Shown piece by piece: positions 1-9,422 of a DNA stretch of 64,000 nucleotides. This DNA comes from an uncultured Acidobacteriota bacterium. Its GTDB lineage: Bacteria; Acidobacteriota; Blastocatellia; RBC074. The stretch spans positions 288,001-352,000 of the forward strand of contig CAWCKY010000006.1 of assembly GCA_963796275.1 (NCBI GenBank), given 5' to 3'. Position 1 is the stretch's first letter. The number at the start of each line of letters is the position of its first letter. The position numbers were made by a program, and so were the translations under genes. The notes beneath the pieces were generated by a model. That model was not told the DNA's origin. It searched no databases and was given only the letters and a program-made list of their open reading frames with translations.

Positions 1-1
1 C

Positions 2-220
2 AAACGAGTCTTAGCGGGCGGCGGCGTATCGGCGATTATTGCTCGTTCCAGCGAGCAGAATCTCTCCCTGCGCGATCTAGAACGCGAATATATTTTCGAA
101 ATGTTGCGTCGCACTGGCGGAAATAAAAAGCGCGCGGCGGAAATGTTGGGACTGGATCGTAAGACGCTTTATCGAAAACTTGAAGAATATGGTGCGGATG
201 GCTATTGGCTGGAATTGTAG
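2..220 (+). CDS. C-terminal end (partial) of sigma54-dependent NtrC/Fis-family transcriptional activator
   Basis: Manual translation of frame 2: ...[44 protein letters not shown]...TAG at 218-220, a Fis-type HTH. Not in the ORF track because the 5' end lies outside the window. Confidence 0.9.
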   Translation, partial: KRVLAGGGVSAIIARSSEQNLSLRDLEREYIFEMLRRTGGNKKRAAEMLGLDRKTLYRKLEEYGADGYWLEL

Positions 221-252
221 CTTTCTGCCTCATTGTGAGGCTTAAAACCCCA
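216..252. promoter_or_regulatory. Pair of 17-bp TG-N13-CA boxes, candidate enhancer (UAS) for a bEBP activator
   Basis: TGTAGCTTTCTGCCTCA (216-232; reverse complement TGAGGCAGAAAGCTACA) and TGAGGCTTAAAACCCCA (236-252), about 160-200 bp upstream of a -24/-12 element. Confidence 0.45.
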
Positions 253-412
253 CCTGGATACTCACTATCTCCTCTCCTCCTTCTCTATCACGCGGAAGCA
301 AACGTTCGCATAAGTCGCTGATACTGCTTGATTGTGGCCATCTAATATGACAAAAGTCGATGCTTGTTTCGGTTTTGTCGAAACAAATTCTATTTTGGAA
401 ATAGATACTGAG

Positions 413-428
413 CGGCACGTTCATTGCT
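413..428 (+). promoter_or_regulatory. sigma54 (-24/-12) promoter
   Basis: CGGCACGTTCATTGCT: GG(414-415)-N10-GC(426-427), near-perfect match to YTGGCACGNNNNTTGCW. Confidence 0.8.
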
Positions 429-480
429 TTATTTATGAAAAGAACAGTGTGGATTTTAGTTAACCTACCTAAGTGACAGC

Positions 481-547
481 TTCAGCGGAGGTTGCGAAGT
501 GAATTTTGATAAGTCCCCCAAGACTTCGCTGCCTCCGCTGAGTTTTT
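481..547 (+). terminator. Long hairpin plus U-tract (terminator of a short transcript or attenuator)
   Basis: TCAGCGGAGGTTGCGAAGT (482-500) pairs with ACTTCGCTGCCTCCGCTGA (523-541), one mismatch and one GU, followed by GTTTTT. Confidence 0.6.
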
Positions 548-1068
548 CAATCATGAGAAAAATCGGTGTGTAATTATTTAGCCTGCGACAGGCTGATTCC
601 TCTTGCGGGTTGCGGGCGTTTGCGTGGATGAATGTCATGGCCTGGTAGCTGTCAGAACCGTTGCCGCCATTACGATTTTATCAGTTCGATAAATGTCTCG
701 TGCTTACTCGCGCAGCGACCGGGAATTACGATCTCGTTCTGGAATGTGGATTATTCCGTTCTGAAGAATTTCAGTCTGCCGTGGTGGAGTTTGCCGGCAT
801 CTACCGCACGATGTTTCCCGGATCAAGGGGAGTGATATCGATCTCATAATGTTTCCTGACATCGCTTGTAATTCAGCGAATCATCGCCATAGTTCACAGC
901 GAGCAATCTGAATGCAGCCGTTCCCGCGAGCGTGCTATTACTAGAGGGAAGCATTTTTGTGTCTCAAGAGATTGGATATCGAAATGAATGAGACGGCGGA
1001 TTGGCTGGTTTAGTAGTATTTTTAAAATCATTCCTTTATAGCGATGAAGCCTCGGGAAAGAAAACTCT

Positions 1069-2445
1069 ATGATTAACGGCTCTGCCCGCGATATGAAACG
1101 AGTAATATTCATTCTTCTTTTGATCTCAATAAGCGCGGTGCTGTTACAAGCGCGCACATCTCTTGTTATGGCAGAAAGTGGGGCTACCGATGCCGGAAAC
1201 GGGTTGGATCCGACTGTGCTGGTCGGAATTTCAGTAATTCTGATCGTCGCCAAGCTGAGCGGAGAACTATTTGAGAGGCTCCGGCAACCGGCCGTTCTGG
1301 GCGAACTCATTGGAGGCATCACCCTCGGCAACCTGGCGCTTTTCGGTATTACGGCCGCCGAGCCGTTAAAGAATCACGAAGTGATCAACGCGCTGGCTGA
1401 GATCGGGGTGATTATTCTGCTGTTTGAAGTTGGACTGGAGTCGAACCTGGGCGAGATGATGGAAGTCGGGTGGTCGTCATTACTGGTCGCCGCGGCGGGT
1501 GTAATCGCCCCTTTTTTGCTGGGTTGGGGCGTGGCTGCCTATTATCTGCCCGGTCAGTCTCAGCTCGGACATATTTTTATCGGTGCGACACTTTGCGCTA
1601 CGAGCGTCGGAATCACAGCGCGCGTCTTGAAGGATCTAGATCGGCTACAGGCGCGTGAATCCCGGATCATACTAGGTGCTGCCGTCATCGATGATGTCCT
1701 GGGATTGTTGGTCTTGGCTGTGGTGGCTGGCGCGATCAGAGCAGCTGCGGTAGGAGTATCCCTTTCGTTTCTCAGCGTTGCGATCATTGCAGCTAAATCC
1801 CTGGTCTTTCTTGCCGGCGCCATTGTCATCGGCCACTACATAGTGCCACATGTTTTTCACGAGACGGGACGATTGGTGAGTCGTGGAGTATTACTGCCAT
1901 TGGCGATTGCCTTCTGTTTTCTTATGTCATGGGTGGCTTCGCTGGTCGAGCTTGCTCCGATTGTCGGCGCATTTGCTGCGGGGCTGGTTCTGGATGAAGC
2001 GCATTTCGAATCATTTCGCGATCAGGGAGAACGCCGGCTGGACGAACTAATCAAACCGGTCAGTACATTATTTGTTCCCATCTTCTTCGTATTGATGGGT
2101 CTCAAAGTAGATCTCCGAGCCTTCGCCAAGCCCGGGTTATTGGGCTTTGCTGCCGTACTGACTGCTGCGGCGGTTGTCGGCAAACAGGTCTGCTCGCTCG
2201 CGGTGCTAGAGCGCCGCATCAATCGGCTTAGTATCGGATTGGGCATGATACCGCGAGGCGAGGTGGGGTTGATTTTCGCGGGCATCGGAGCGACGCTCAA
2301 ATTGCCGAACGAGCAAGGCGTGAGCGAGCCGGTCATTGGTGCGGGGACTTTCGGTGCGCTCGTCATCATGGTCATCGTTACCACGCTTGTTACGCCTCCT
2401 GCGCTCAAGTGGTCGCTACAGGGCTCAAAATCGGTTAAGCAATAG
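1069..2445 (+). CDS. Cation:proton antiporter, CPA2 (NapA/KefB-like)
   Basis: Multi-TM protein with motifs RLRQPAVLGELIGG, LLFEVGLE, ATSVGITARVLKDL, GAAVIDDVLG, PIVGAFAAG, GMIPRGEVG. Alternative start at 1093. Confidence 0.93.
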   Translation: MINGSARDMKRVIFILLLISISAVLLQARTSLVMAESGATDAGNGLDPTVLVGISVILIVAKLSGELFERLRQPAVLGELIGGITLGNLALFGITAAEPLKNHEVINALAEIGVIILLFEVGLESNLGEMMEVGWSSLLVAAAGVIAPFLLGWGVAAYYLPGQSQLGHIFIGATLCATSVGITARVLKDLDRLQARESRIILGAAVIDDVLGLLVLAVVAGAIRAAAVGVSLSFLSVAIIAAKSLVFLAGAIVIGHYIVPHVFHETGRLVSRGVLLPLAIAFCFLMSWVASLVELAPIVGAFAAGLVLDEAHFESFRDQGERRLDELIKPVSTLFVPIFFVLMGLKVDLRAFAKPGLLGFAAVLTAAAVVGKQVCSLAVLERRINRLSIGLGMIPRGEVGLIFAGIGATLKLPNEQGVSEPVIGAGTFGALVIMVIVTTLVTPPALKWSLQGSKSVKQ

Positions 2446-2452
2446 TCGTGAT

Positions 2453-2495
2453 GGTGGCCAGGGGTGGCCAGGGGTGGCGGGGGCGGCCAGGGGTG
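2453..2495 (+). repeat. 10-bp G-rich tandem repeat (GGGGTGGCCA)n, potential G-quadruplex
   Basis: GGGG-TGGCCA-GGGG-TGGC-GGGGG-CGGCCA-GGGG at 2461-2493. Confidence 0.75.
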
Positions 2496-2590
2496 AAGCC
2501 TTCTCTCTCAAAGACTTTCAGCCTGGATACTGAAGATTGCCCGTCGCTCGACCTCACGCTTCTTTCTCATGCCGTTCGCGCTTATTATTA

Positions 2591-2620
2591 TTGACTTTCT
2601 CTAAAACAAGTTGCTACGAT
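2591..2620 (+). promoter_or_regulatory. sigma70-type promoter
   Basis: TTGACT-N18-TACGAT just upstream of ATGs at 2633/2642. Confidence 0.5.
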
Positions 2621-2632
2621 AGCCAACTTTCA

Positions 2633-3070
2633 ATGACCATCATGCTGAAAATCTGGCTGAGGTTACGTGGAGCTGTTCTGGTGGTGGCGCTGGCTCTAGG
2701 TGGGCTCTCTGCGCCTCTCTCGATGGCTTCATGGGAGCCAGATGTCTGCGAGATGGAATGTTGCATTGCGGAAGGCCATTGTTGCTGCGCGACGCGGCAC
2801 GCCTATGTCAAAGGGCGTGAGCCGAAGCCGGGTGATGTCTCTCTCACGATTGAAAGTAGTCTGATCAACGCTTGCCCGGCCACTTGCCCCGCTTCGGGAG
2901 TTTCCGCCAAAAAGAATATACTTCGTGCGGGGCAGGCGCACGCGCCGCTGTTGACGCCGCCATTCAAATCACAAGAGCACTTTCGCATACCGCCTCCGCT
3001 CGATCATCAAATTGCCGCGCGACCTTCCTCTCCCCGCGCACCCCCCGCCTGTGACGGGCTTCTCGCCTGA
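2633..3070 (+). CDS. Cys-rich leader protein with C-terminal RAPP motif (DUF2946/CruR-like)
   Basis: N-terminal hydrophobic segment, CEMECCIAEGHCCC, CPATCP and C-terminal SPRAPP; sits upstream of a BNR protein and TonB receptor. Confidence 0.72.
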   Translation: MTIMLKIWLRLRGAVLVVALALGGLSAPLSMASWEPDVCEMECCIAEGHCCCATRHAYVKGREPKPGDVSLTIESSLINACPATCPASGVSAKKNILRAGQAHAPLLTPPFKSQEHFRIPPPLDHQIAARPSSPRAPPACDGLLA

Positions 3071-3278
3071 ATAACCATCATTGATTCAACCTCGCGCTGA
3101 CTGATGTCGATGAGCGCCTACCCGAGCGACGGGAATAGGCCCGTTTTCGATGCCGCGCCGCTCTCAATTCGATGCCGGTTGCGATCGCACCCGTTCCTTC
3201 GGCATTCAAAGCAGACGAGAGGTCAAGGAGGTTGAATTCGAATGGTCTGATTTCTGTCATATTTCATCGGGAGGGAAA

Positions 3279-4625
3279 ATGAATCGCGGAAATACCGTAA
3301 AAATTTTGACCATCGCAACAGTTGCATGGGCTTTTAGAAAAGCATTGCCGTCGATGGTCGCCATAATGATTGCCGCCCTAAGTATGTTTACAGCTACGGG
3401 GCGCAAGGCAGATCGACAATTCACCTTCGAAACCGAGGGGCGCATTCTGGCGAAAGGAAGTTATCCGCAGCTCGGCGTGCGCGCCTCGGGCGATTTGTTC
3501 CTGTTGCGCCTCAAGGACCGCAATATATGGTTGCAGACGTCTTCCGATGGCGGCGACAGCTTTGACGAAGGTTTGCGAGTCAACGACGGCGGTGAAGTCG
3601 CTTCGCACGCCGAGAACACGCCGCTGATGATTGTGCGCTCCATGCGCGAATTTTACGTACTCTGGACCGCGGCTGACGGCAATCATCACTCCTCGTTGCG
3701 GCTGGCGACATCGACGAATTGGGGTCGGTCCTTCAACAAATCGATTCCAGTTGATCCCTCGGGGACGGCCTCACAGTCGTTCTACACGCTGGGGGTGGGA
3801 CCCGATGGCTCGGTTTACGCGGCTTGGTTGGATGGGCGTGACCGCGGGCAGGGCACGTCCGGTTCTTCCGCGATTTACGTCGCCAGGTCGACCAATCGCG
3901 GCCAGTCGTTCGAAAAAAGCGTGCGGGTCGCACTGAATGTCTGTCCATGCTGCCGTCCGTCGATCGCTTTCACCGATGCCAAGACGATCCACATCGGCTG
4001 GCGAGGAGTAATCGATGATGATATGCGCGACATCTTCGTCGGCACCTCGAAAGACGGCGGCGCCACCTTCTCCGCTCCGATTCGCGTCGCCGAGGACAAC
4101 TGGCGGATCAACGGCTGCCCGCATTCGGGACCGTCGATGGCGACTATGGGCGAGAAGCTGTTTGTAGCCTGGCGAACCGTTATCGACGGCCGTGGCCGCG
4201 TATTCATCGCGTCGTCCACCGATCGCGGCGCGCATTTCGCCCGGAAGGTCGAAGCCGATACAAATCTTCACGATGCCAACCATCCGCAGTTGCAGGCGCT
4301 GGAGGGTTCAGTTGGGCTGGTGTTTCAGGCGCGCGAAGCCTCCGGTGAAAACGGCTGGGGCAAATTCGATGCTTACTTCCGCCAGATCGATCGAGATGAC
4401 TCGCTCTCGCCTCTACAGAGATTGGGGCACGCTGCCGGCAGCGCCACCTATCCCACGATTCTTTTCGAGAACCCCGACCATCTTTTTGTCGCCTGGACCG
4501 AAGGGACTGAAGACGGTCAAAAAGTGATTATGGCTCGAGGCCGCCTGAACGCGCCCAAGTCTGCGAATCACCAACCGCAAGCTGCCGGCGGCGACACTCA
4601 GCGCCCGAACGGGAGAGATCAATGA
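3279..4625 (+). CDS. BNR/Asp-box repeat (sialidase-like beta-propeller) protein
   Basis: Repeated SxDGGxSF/STNRGQSF Asp boxes, VCPCCRP and GCPHSGP motifs; RBS GGAGGG before ATG 3279. Confidence 0.85.
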   Translation: MNRGNTVKILTIATVAWAFRKALPSMVAIMIAALSMFTATGRKADRQFTFETEGRILAKGSYPQLGVRASGDLFLLRLKDRNIWLQTSSDGGDSFDEGLRVNDGGEVASHAENTPLMIVRSMREFYVLWTAADGNHHSSLRLATSTNWGRSFNKSIPVDPSGTASQSFYTLGVGPDGSVYAAWLDGRDRGQGTSGSSAIYVARSTNRGQSFEKSVRVALNVCPCCRPSIAFTDAKTIHIGWRGVIDDDMRDIFVGTSKDGGATFSAPIRVAEDNWRINGCPHSGPSMATMGEKLFVAWRTVIDGRGRVFIASSTDRGAHFARKVEADTNLHDANHPQLQALEGSVGLVFQAREASGENGWGKFDAYFRQIDRDDSLSPLQRLGHAAGSATYPTILFENPDHLFVAWTEGTEDGQKVIMARGRLNAPKSANHQPQAAGGDTQRPNGRDQ

Positions 4626-7600
4626 AAAGCGGTAAATCAATACTCTCCCTGGCCTGTCTGGTTTTATTTGGTATCGTCGTAAATGCCCGGCAAAACACCG
4701 CGGAACTTTCCGGGACCCTGACCGATTCCGCCGGGGCAGTGCTGATCGGCGCGCGGGTCAGTGTCAGGCAGCCTTTGACGGGCTTTTCGCGCGATACTCA
4801 TACCAACACCGCCGGCCTGTACACGTTCACCCAGCTTCCTCTGGGAGTTTATACCGTGACTGTTTCTCAAACCGGGTTCCAGACCGAAATCCGTGAAGGC
4901 AACGAACTCACCGTAGGGCAAAAGGCGCGGCTCGATTTCAAGCTGCGCGTGGGATCGCTCAGTTCAGAAGCCGTGGTTACGTCGGGCGCCACACAGGTGG
5001 AAACGCAGAGCGCGTCGCTTTCCAGCGTCATGGACAAAGATTCGATCCGCGAACTGCCGCTCAATGGGCGCGATATCGTCCAGCTCGCGTTGCTCAAACC
5101 TGGGGTGGCCCCTTCGCGCCGCACCTCGGATTCGGCGGGCAGCGGCGTCCAGCTATCGGTCGGAGGCAGGCGTCCCAATCAGATAAGTTTTGTGCTGGAT
5201 CAAACGGATATCAACGACGGCAACAACAACACGCCCGGCAGCGTCTCGGGCGTTCTGCTTGGCGTGGAAACTCTGAGGGAATTTCGCGTGCTGACCAACG
5301 GTTACAGCGCCGAATACGGGCGGAGCGCGGGCGGCGTAATCAGCGCCGTAACACGCTCCGGCGACAACCAGTGGCACGGTTCGGCTTTCGAGTTCGCGCG
5401 TAATAGTGCCTTCGATGCGAAAAACTTCTTCGATCCGGCCGAGCAAAAGATTCCGCATTTCGCCCGCAATCAGTTCGGGGGCGTCCTCAGTGGACCGATT
5501 ATGCGGGACCGGACTTTTTTCCTGGCCAGTTACGAAGGTCTGCGGCAGCGGCTGGGAATCACAAATCAGGCCGTCGTGCCCAATACCGCCGCTCGCAACG
5601 GGAAATCACGGTCAATCCTGCGGTAACCGGATATTTGAATCTGATCCCGTTACCCAACGGGCGCGACTTTGGCGATGGAACGGGACAGTACATCTCCTCT
5701 GCTTCCAATCTGGATGACGAAGATTTCGTCGCCGGACGCGTTGATCATCGTTTTTCGGAGAGGACCTCGATTTTCGGGCGTTTCACATTCAACAACGCGA
5801 GAGTTCAAATCCCGGATAACATGCAGCTATTCAGCTCCGGCACGACATCGCGTAATCAGTACGCGACGGTGCAATTGACTCGCATCTTCAATGAGCGACT
5901 GCTCAACAACGTGCGCTTCAGTTATAACCGGTCTACCAATCGAACGACCCCTGAGGCCCTGCGCAGCATCGACCCGGCGCTTTCTTTCTTTCCCGGCCAG
6001 CCGTTGGGGCAGATCAGCGTCACGGGATTTTTTTCGCTGGGGCCCAGCCGCTTCGGGCCGAGCTTCAACGAGTTGAATCTTTTTCAACTAGGCGACGATC
6101 TCTCCTGGGTCGTCGGCCGCCACTCGCTCAAAATAGGGTTCGACCATCGCGAGATATATCTGCCAACCAGCCGTCCACAGTCGCCATACGGTTTTTACCA
6201 GTTCAACTCGCTGGCCAATTTCTTGGAGGCGATACCGGCCCAGGTCGAGCTGGCGCTGCCGGGGTCCGAGGTCGTGCGCCGTTGGCGTCAATCGATGACG
6301 GCGGCTTATGTTCAGGACGATTTCCGGCTCGCGCGCCGGCTGACATTGAACGCCGGGCTGCGTTATGAGCGCACCAGCGTTCCGCATGAAATGGATGGGT
6401 TGGAAGCGAACGTTCGCAACCCGCTGACAGACACTACTACGACGGTCGGCCAGCTTTACCGTAACCCATCGAATCTGAACTTCGCCCCCCGCGTCGGATT
6501 GGCCTGGGATCCGTTGGGTGACGGCAAGACCAGCGTGCGCGCCGGTTTTGGCGTCTTCTTCGATCCGTTGTGGACGGACTTTTACGCTAACGCCGCGAAC
6601 CGTACGCCGCCCTTTTACACGCTGGGCAGCGTTCGCAACCCGGTATTCCCGAACGCGTCGGCCGTGACTTCGAGCCCAAATTTCGTGCTCGGGCGCCAGG
6701 ACACGCTGATATTTGATCCAGCGAATCCTTATTCACTGCATACCAACTTCAGCCTACAACGCGAGGTGGTGAAAGGCGGAACGTTGACCGTCGCCTTTGT
6801 CAGACAGCGCGGGCTGCACGAGGTTCGCCTGGTTGATCACAATCAAGCGATCCCAACCATCCTGGCGGACGGCCGTAAATTCTTCCCGGAAAATTCCGTC
6901 GTCAGAAACCCGAATTTCTCGGGCATCCGGCATAAAACGACGGACGGCCAATCTTCTTACAACGCCCTGCAGACTTCGTTCGAGTATCGTCGTAGCAGGT
7001 ACATTTCGTTTCACGCCAGCTACACCTGGTCGAAGGCGATCGACGACGGATCGATCGTCACCACGCAGGGTGGCGACAACGACCTGCCGCAGGACCCGGA
7101 CAGCCGCGGCGCCGAACGCGGCCTTTCCAATTACGACCTGCGCCATTACTTTGTCAGTTACTTGACTACGGAACTGCCGCGTTTCGGTGGGCCGGAATGG
7201 CTGACCGCCGGCTGGCAATTCAACGCAATAGCCAGTCTGGCCTCAGGCAATCCATTTTCCGTTGTAGTCGGTTTCGATCGGGCGAGGGCCCGTTTCCAGG
7301 GTGGAACTTCGCCGCAGCGCCCCGACCTTGCGGCCGGCCACAGCGGCAATCCGATTTTGGGCGGGCCCCGTCAATACTTCGACCCGGCGGCATTCGTGCT
7401 GCCAGCGGCGGGATTTTACGGGACTCTGGGGCGGAACACGCTGATCGGGCCGGGACTGATCGCGCTTGACCTGGCTGTGAACAAAACGTTCCATTTGCGC
7501 GAACGGCTCAATTTGCAATTTCGCACCGAAGTCTTCAATTCGCTCAATCACCCGAACTTTTCGATTCCCAGCCAGCGCACGGTTTTCTCGGGCGTCGATA

Positions 7601-7698
7601 TTTCGGGCACCAGTATTAAGGTCGGGAGCGCTGGTTTTATCACCACGACGAGAACATCGTCGCGTCAGCTCCAGTTCGGTCTGAAATTGACATTCTGA
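4622..7698 (+). pseudogene. TonB-dependent receptor (carboxypeptidase regulatory-like N-domain), split by a frameshift near 5600
   Basis: ORF 4622-5626 (signal, ELPLNGR, EFRVLTNGYSAEYGRSAGG) and ORF 5635-7698 (YVQDDF, FAPRVGLAWD, C-terminal RQLQFGLKLTF) are two halves of one receptor in different frames. Confidence 0.88.
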
Positions 7699-7789
7699 TT
7701 TCCCGTTATATCATTCGACGCGATGGCATCGGTGTGGATTACCGCTCCTCGCTACGCGCTCTACCACGAGCTCTTTTCGATATATATCT

Positions 7790-7817
7790 GACGGAGGCAA
7801 AATCGATCGCCTCCGTC
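7790..7817. terminator. Hairpin downstream of the TonB receptor
   Basis: GACGGAGGC-N10-GCCTCCGTC flanked by AT-rich sequence. Confidence 0.45.
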
Positions 7818-8091
7818 TATATTCATGGCTTTCAATTTATACAAATGAATCAGTCGAGCGGATGGCGATGGTGATTACGAGACTCGATATTAAAATCCAA
7901 GTTACCCATGTTACTCATTTCATTCTCAACATTCTCCATCCGATACATTTCAAGGTTTCCAGGAAATATCATGGGTTCCATTATCTGCCTTGACGCGCCC
8001 GATTGAACCTTAGCTGCTCCTACCACTTCATATATAACTAAAGATCAAAATCGGACAACGTTTTATCCGAACCGGCCGGCAGACAGCGCGT

Positions 8092-8108
8092 TTGGCTTGA
8101 AGTTTGCA
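8092..8108 (+). promoter_or_regulatory. Candidate sigma54 promoter
   Basis: TTGGCTTGAAGTTTGCA: GG(8094-8095)-N10-GC(8106-8107). Confidence 0.5.
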
Positions 8109-8187
8109 GATAAAACCGAAGTGAAATTGGTTATGCGATTTGCAACGCGTACCAGGATTATCAAACGAAGTTTGTTTGTGTTCAATA

Positions 8188-8296
8188 TCCTGTGGCCGCA
8201 AACAGTGAGCGTGCTGACTGCCGGAGATGAAATATGAATGTGTTCATCCGTGGTGGCAGCGATGCACGCTGGTTGTCCGGCAGACAGGGTTTTTTT
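8188..8296 (+). ncRNA. ~100-nt rod-like hairpin ending in T7 (candidate leader RNA or sRNA)
   Basis: Nested pairings TCCTGT/ACAGGG, GCCG/CGGC, AGCGTGC/GCACGCT, CTGCCG/TGGCAG, GATGAA/TTCATC, then TTTTTTT. Confidence 0.4.
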
Positions 8297-8346
8297 ATGC
8301 GCATCAAATGCGCGTACTCACGGCCAAATCTTCAGAGGAAACAATT

Positions 8347-9087
8347 ATGAATAGAAAATTGACGTTTATAGCGTGCGCGATCTCATTGAGCTTCGCTGCT
8401 GCATGTGGCGGCGAAAGGACGAGTTCAACCGGAACACCCACCCCTATCGTTGCCAGCGCGACGATCACTCCGGCAGCAACGGCCACAGTAGGCGTGACCG
8501 AAACGGGCAGGAAGGTCGGATTACATCCCAAACAAAAGCCGCATCAGGCTGTCATCACCAAAGGGAAGGCCCCCGTGCCTCCTGCCGGCGCGAAGAAAAC
8601 AAATACTATCGGCAAGGGTAAGCTTGCGGTGAAGACCGACAATTCGGCAGCCGACACTGATTCTTTCTGGGTTGAAGAGCTTGATATAAACGGCGATGGC
8701 GAAATGGAGGAGACCGATCTGCTCTACGATGACGAGGACAAAGTGCTGTATCTCTATGCCGAGACAGACTTCGCCTGCGCGGATGGCCAGAACGATGGGC
8801 GCGGTTCGATGCTGATTGCTATAAACGGCCAGGGAAATACGCGCAATAGACCCGCCGGCTCCGGTTGGTATATGGTGGAACTCGATGCGGGTGAATGTGC
8901 CGCACAGACGGCGGCGCTGTGGGGCTGCAAGTTTGACGCGAATGGTAATCGTACCGCATGCGGATTGGCCCAGATGGAAGTAGTCCAAGACGACATCATT
9001 ATCGTCGAGCCGGACAGAAGCGCTACCACAAGTGCAAGCGGCAGTCCGACCGCTTCACCGAGAGCGACGGCAACAGCCAGGCCGTAA
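8347..9087 (+). CDS. Hypothetical lipoprotein with acidic DxNGDG Ca-binding-like motif
   Basis: GAGGA RBS, MNRKLTF...FAAAC lipobox, Thr/Pro linker, DINGDGEME, four Cys in the globular part. Confidence 0.7.
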   Translation: MNRKLTFIACAISLSFAAACGGERTSSTGTPTPIVASATITPAATATVGVTETGRKVGLHPKQKPHQAVITKGKAPVPPAGAKKTNTIGKGKLAVKTDNSAADTDSFWVEELDINGDGEMEETDLLYDDEDKVLYLYAETDFACADGQNDGRGSMLIAINGQGNTRNRPAGSGWYMVELDAGECAAQTAALWGCKFDANGNRTACGLAQMEVVQDDIIIVEPDRSATTSASGSPTASPRATATARP

Positions 9088-9422
9088 TGAAAGGTCGAAC
9101 AACACGAACGATCTTGGTAACTCGAAATCCCGGCCGGCAGTTGCGGAGCGGACGCGCGTTTTACGCATTATGATCGCTGATATCACTCCTCGAAACCTGA
9201 CATCGATAGCGATCCGTTCTTCGTCAGCGACACATCGATCCCAACGATAACTCGGTTTCGGATATCCGAACCCGGCACGAAGGGTGGGGGCTCCATTACG
9301 CGGAGAAAACCCCGGCGGGGGGAGTAAACTGCCGGGCGCGAGTTCCGACGACATGACGCACAAACTCGCAATGGTGGGAGATACGAGGCCACAAGTCTTA
9401 CGTGAACTGAATGGAGATCGAC

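Noticed and set aside
661-849. Lrp/AsnC-like ligand-domain small ORF (TGNYDLVLE)
   Set aside because: Only a faint resemblance, TTG start and no RBS; unsupported without a search.
850-1068. Known riboswitch (Na+, c-di-AMP, fluoride) before the antiporter
   Set aside because: No consensus I can recognise by eye; cmscan is needed.
5595-5610. Programmed -1 frameshift in the TonB receptor
   Set aside because: GGGAAAT is not in the X XXY YYZ register of the upstream frame; an indel or small deletion is simpler.
8126-8144. Additional sigma54 site TTGGTTATGCGATTTGCA
   Set aside because: GG-GC spacing is 11, not 10.
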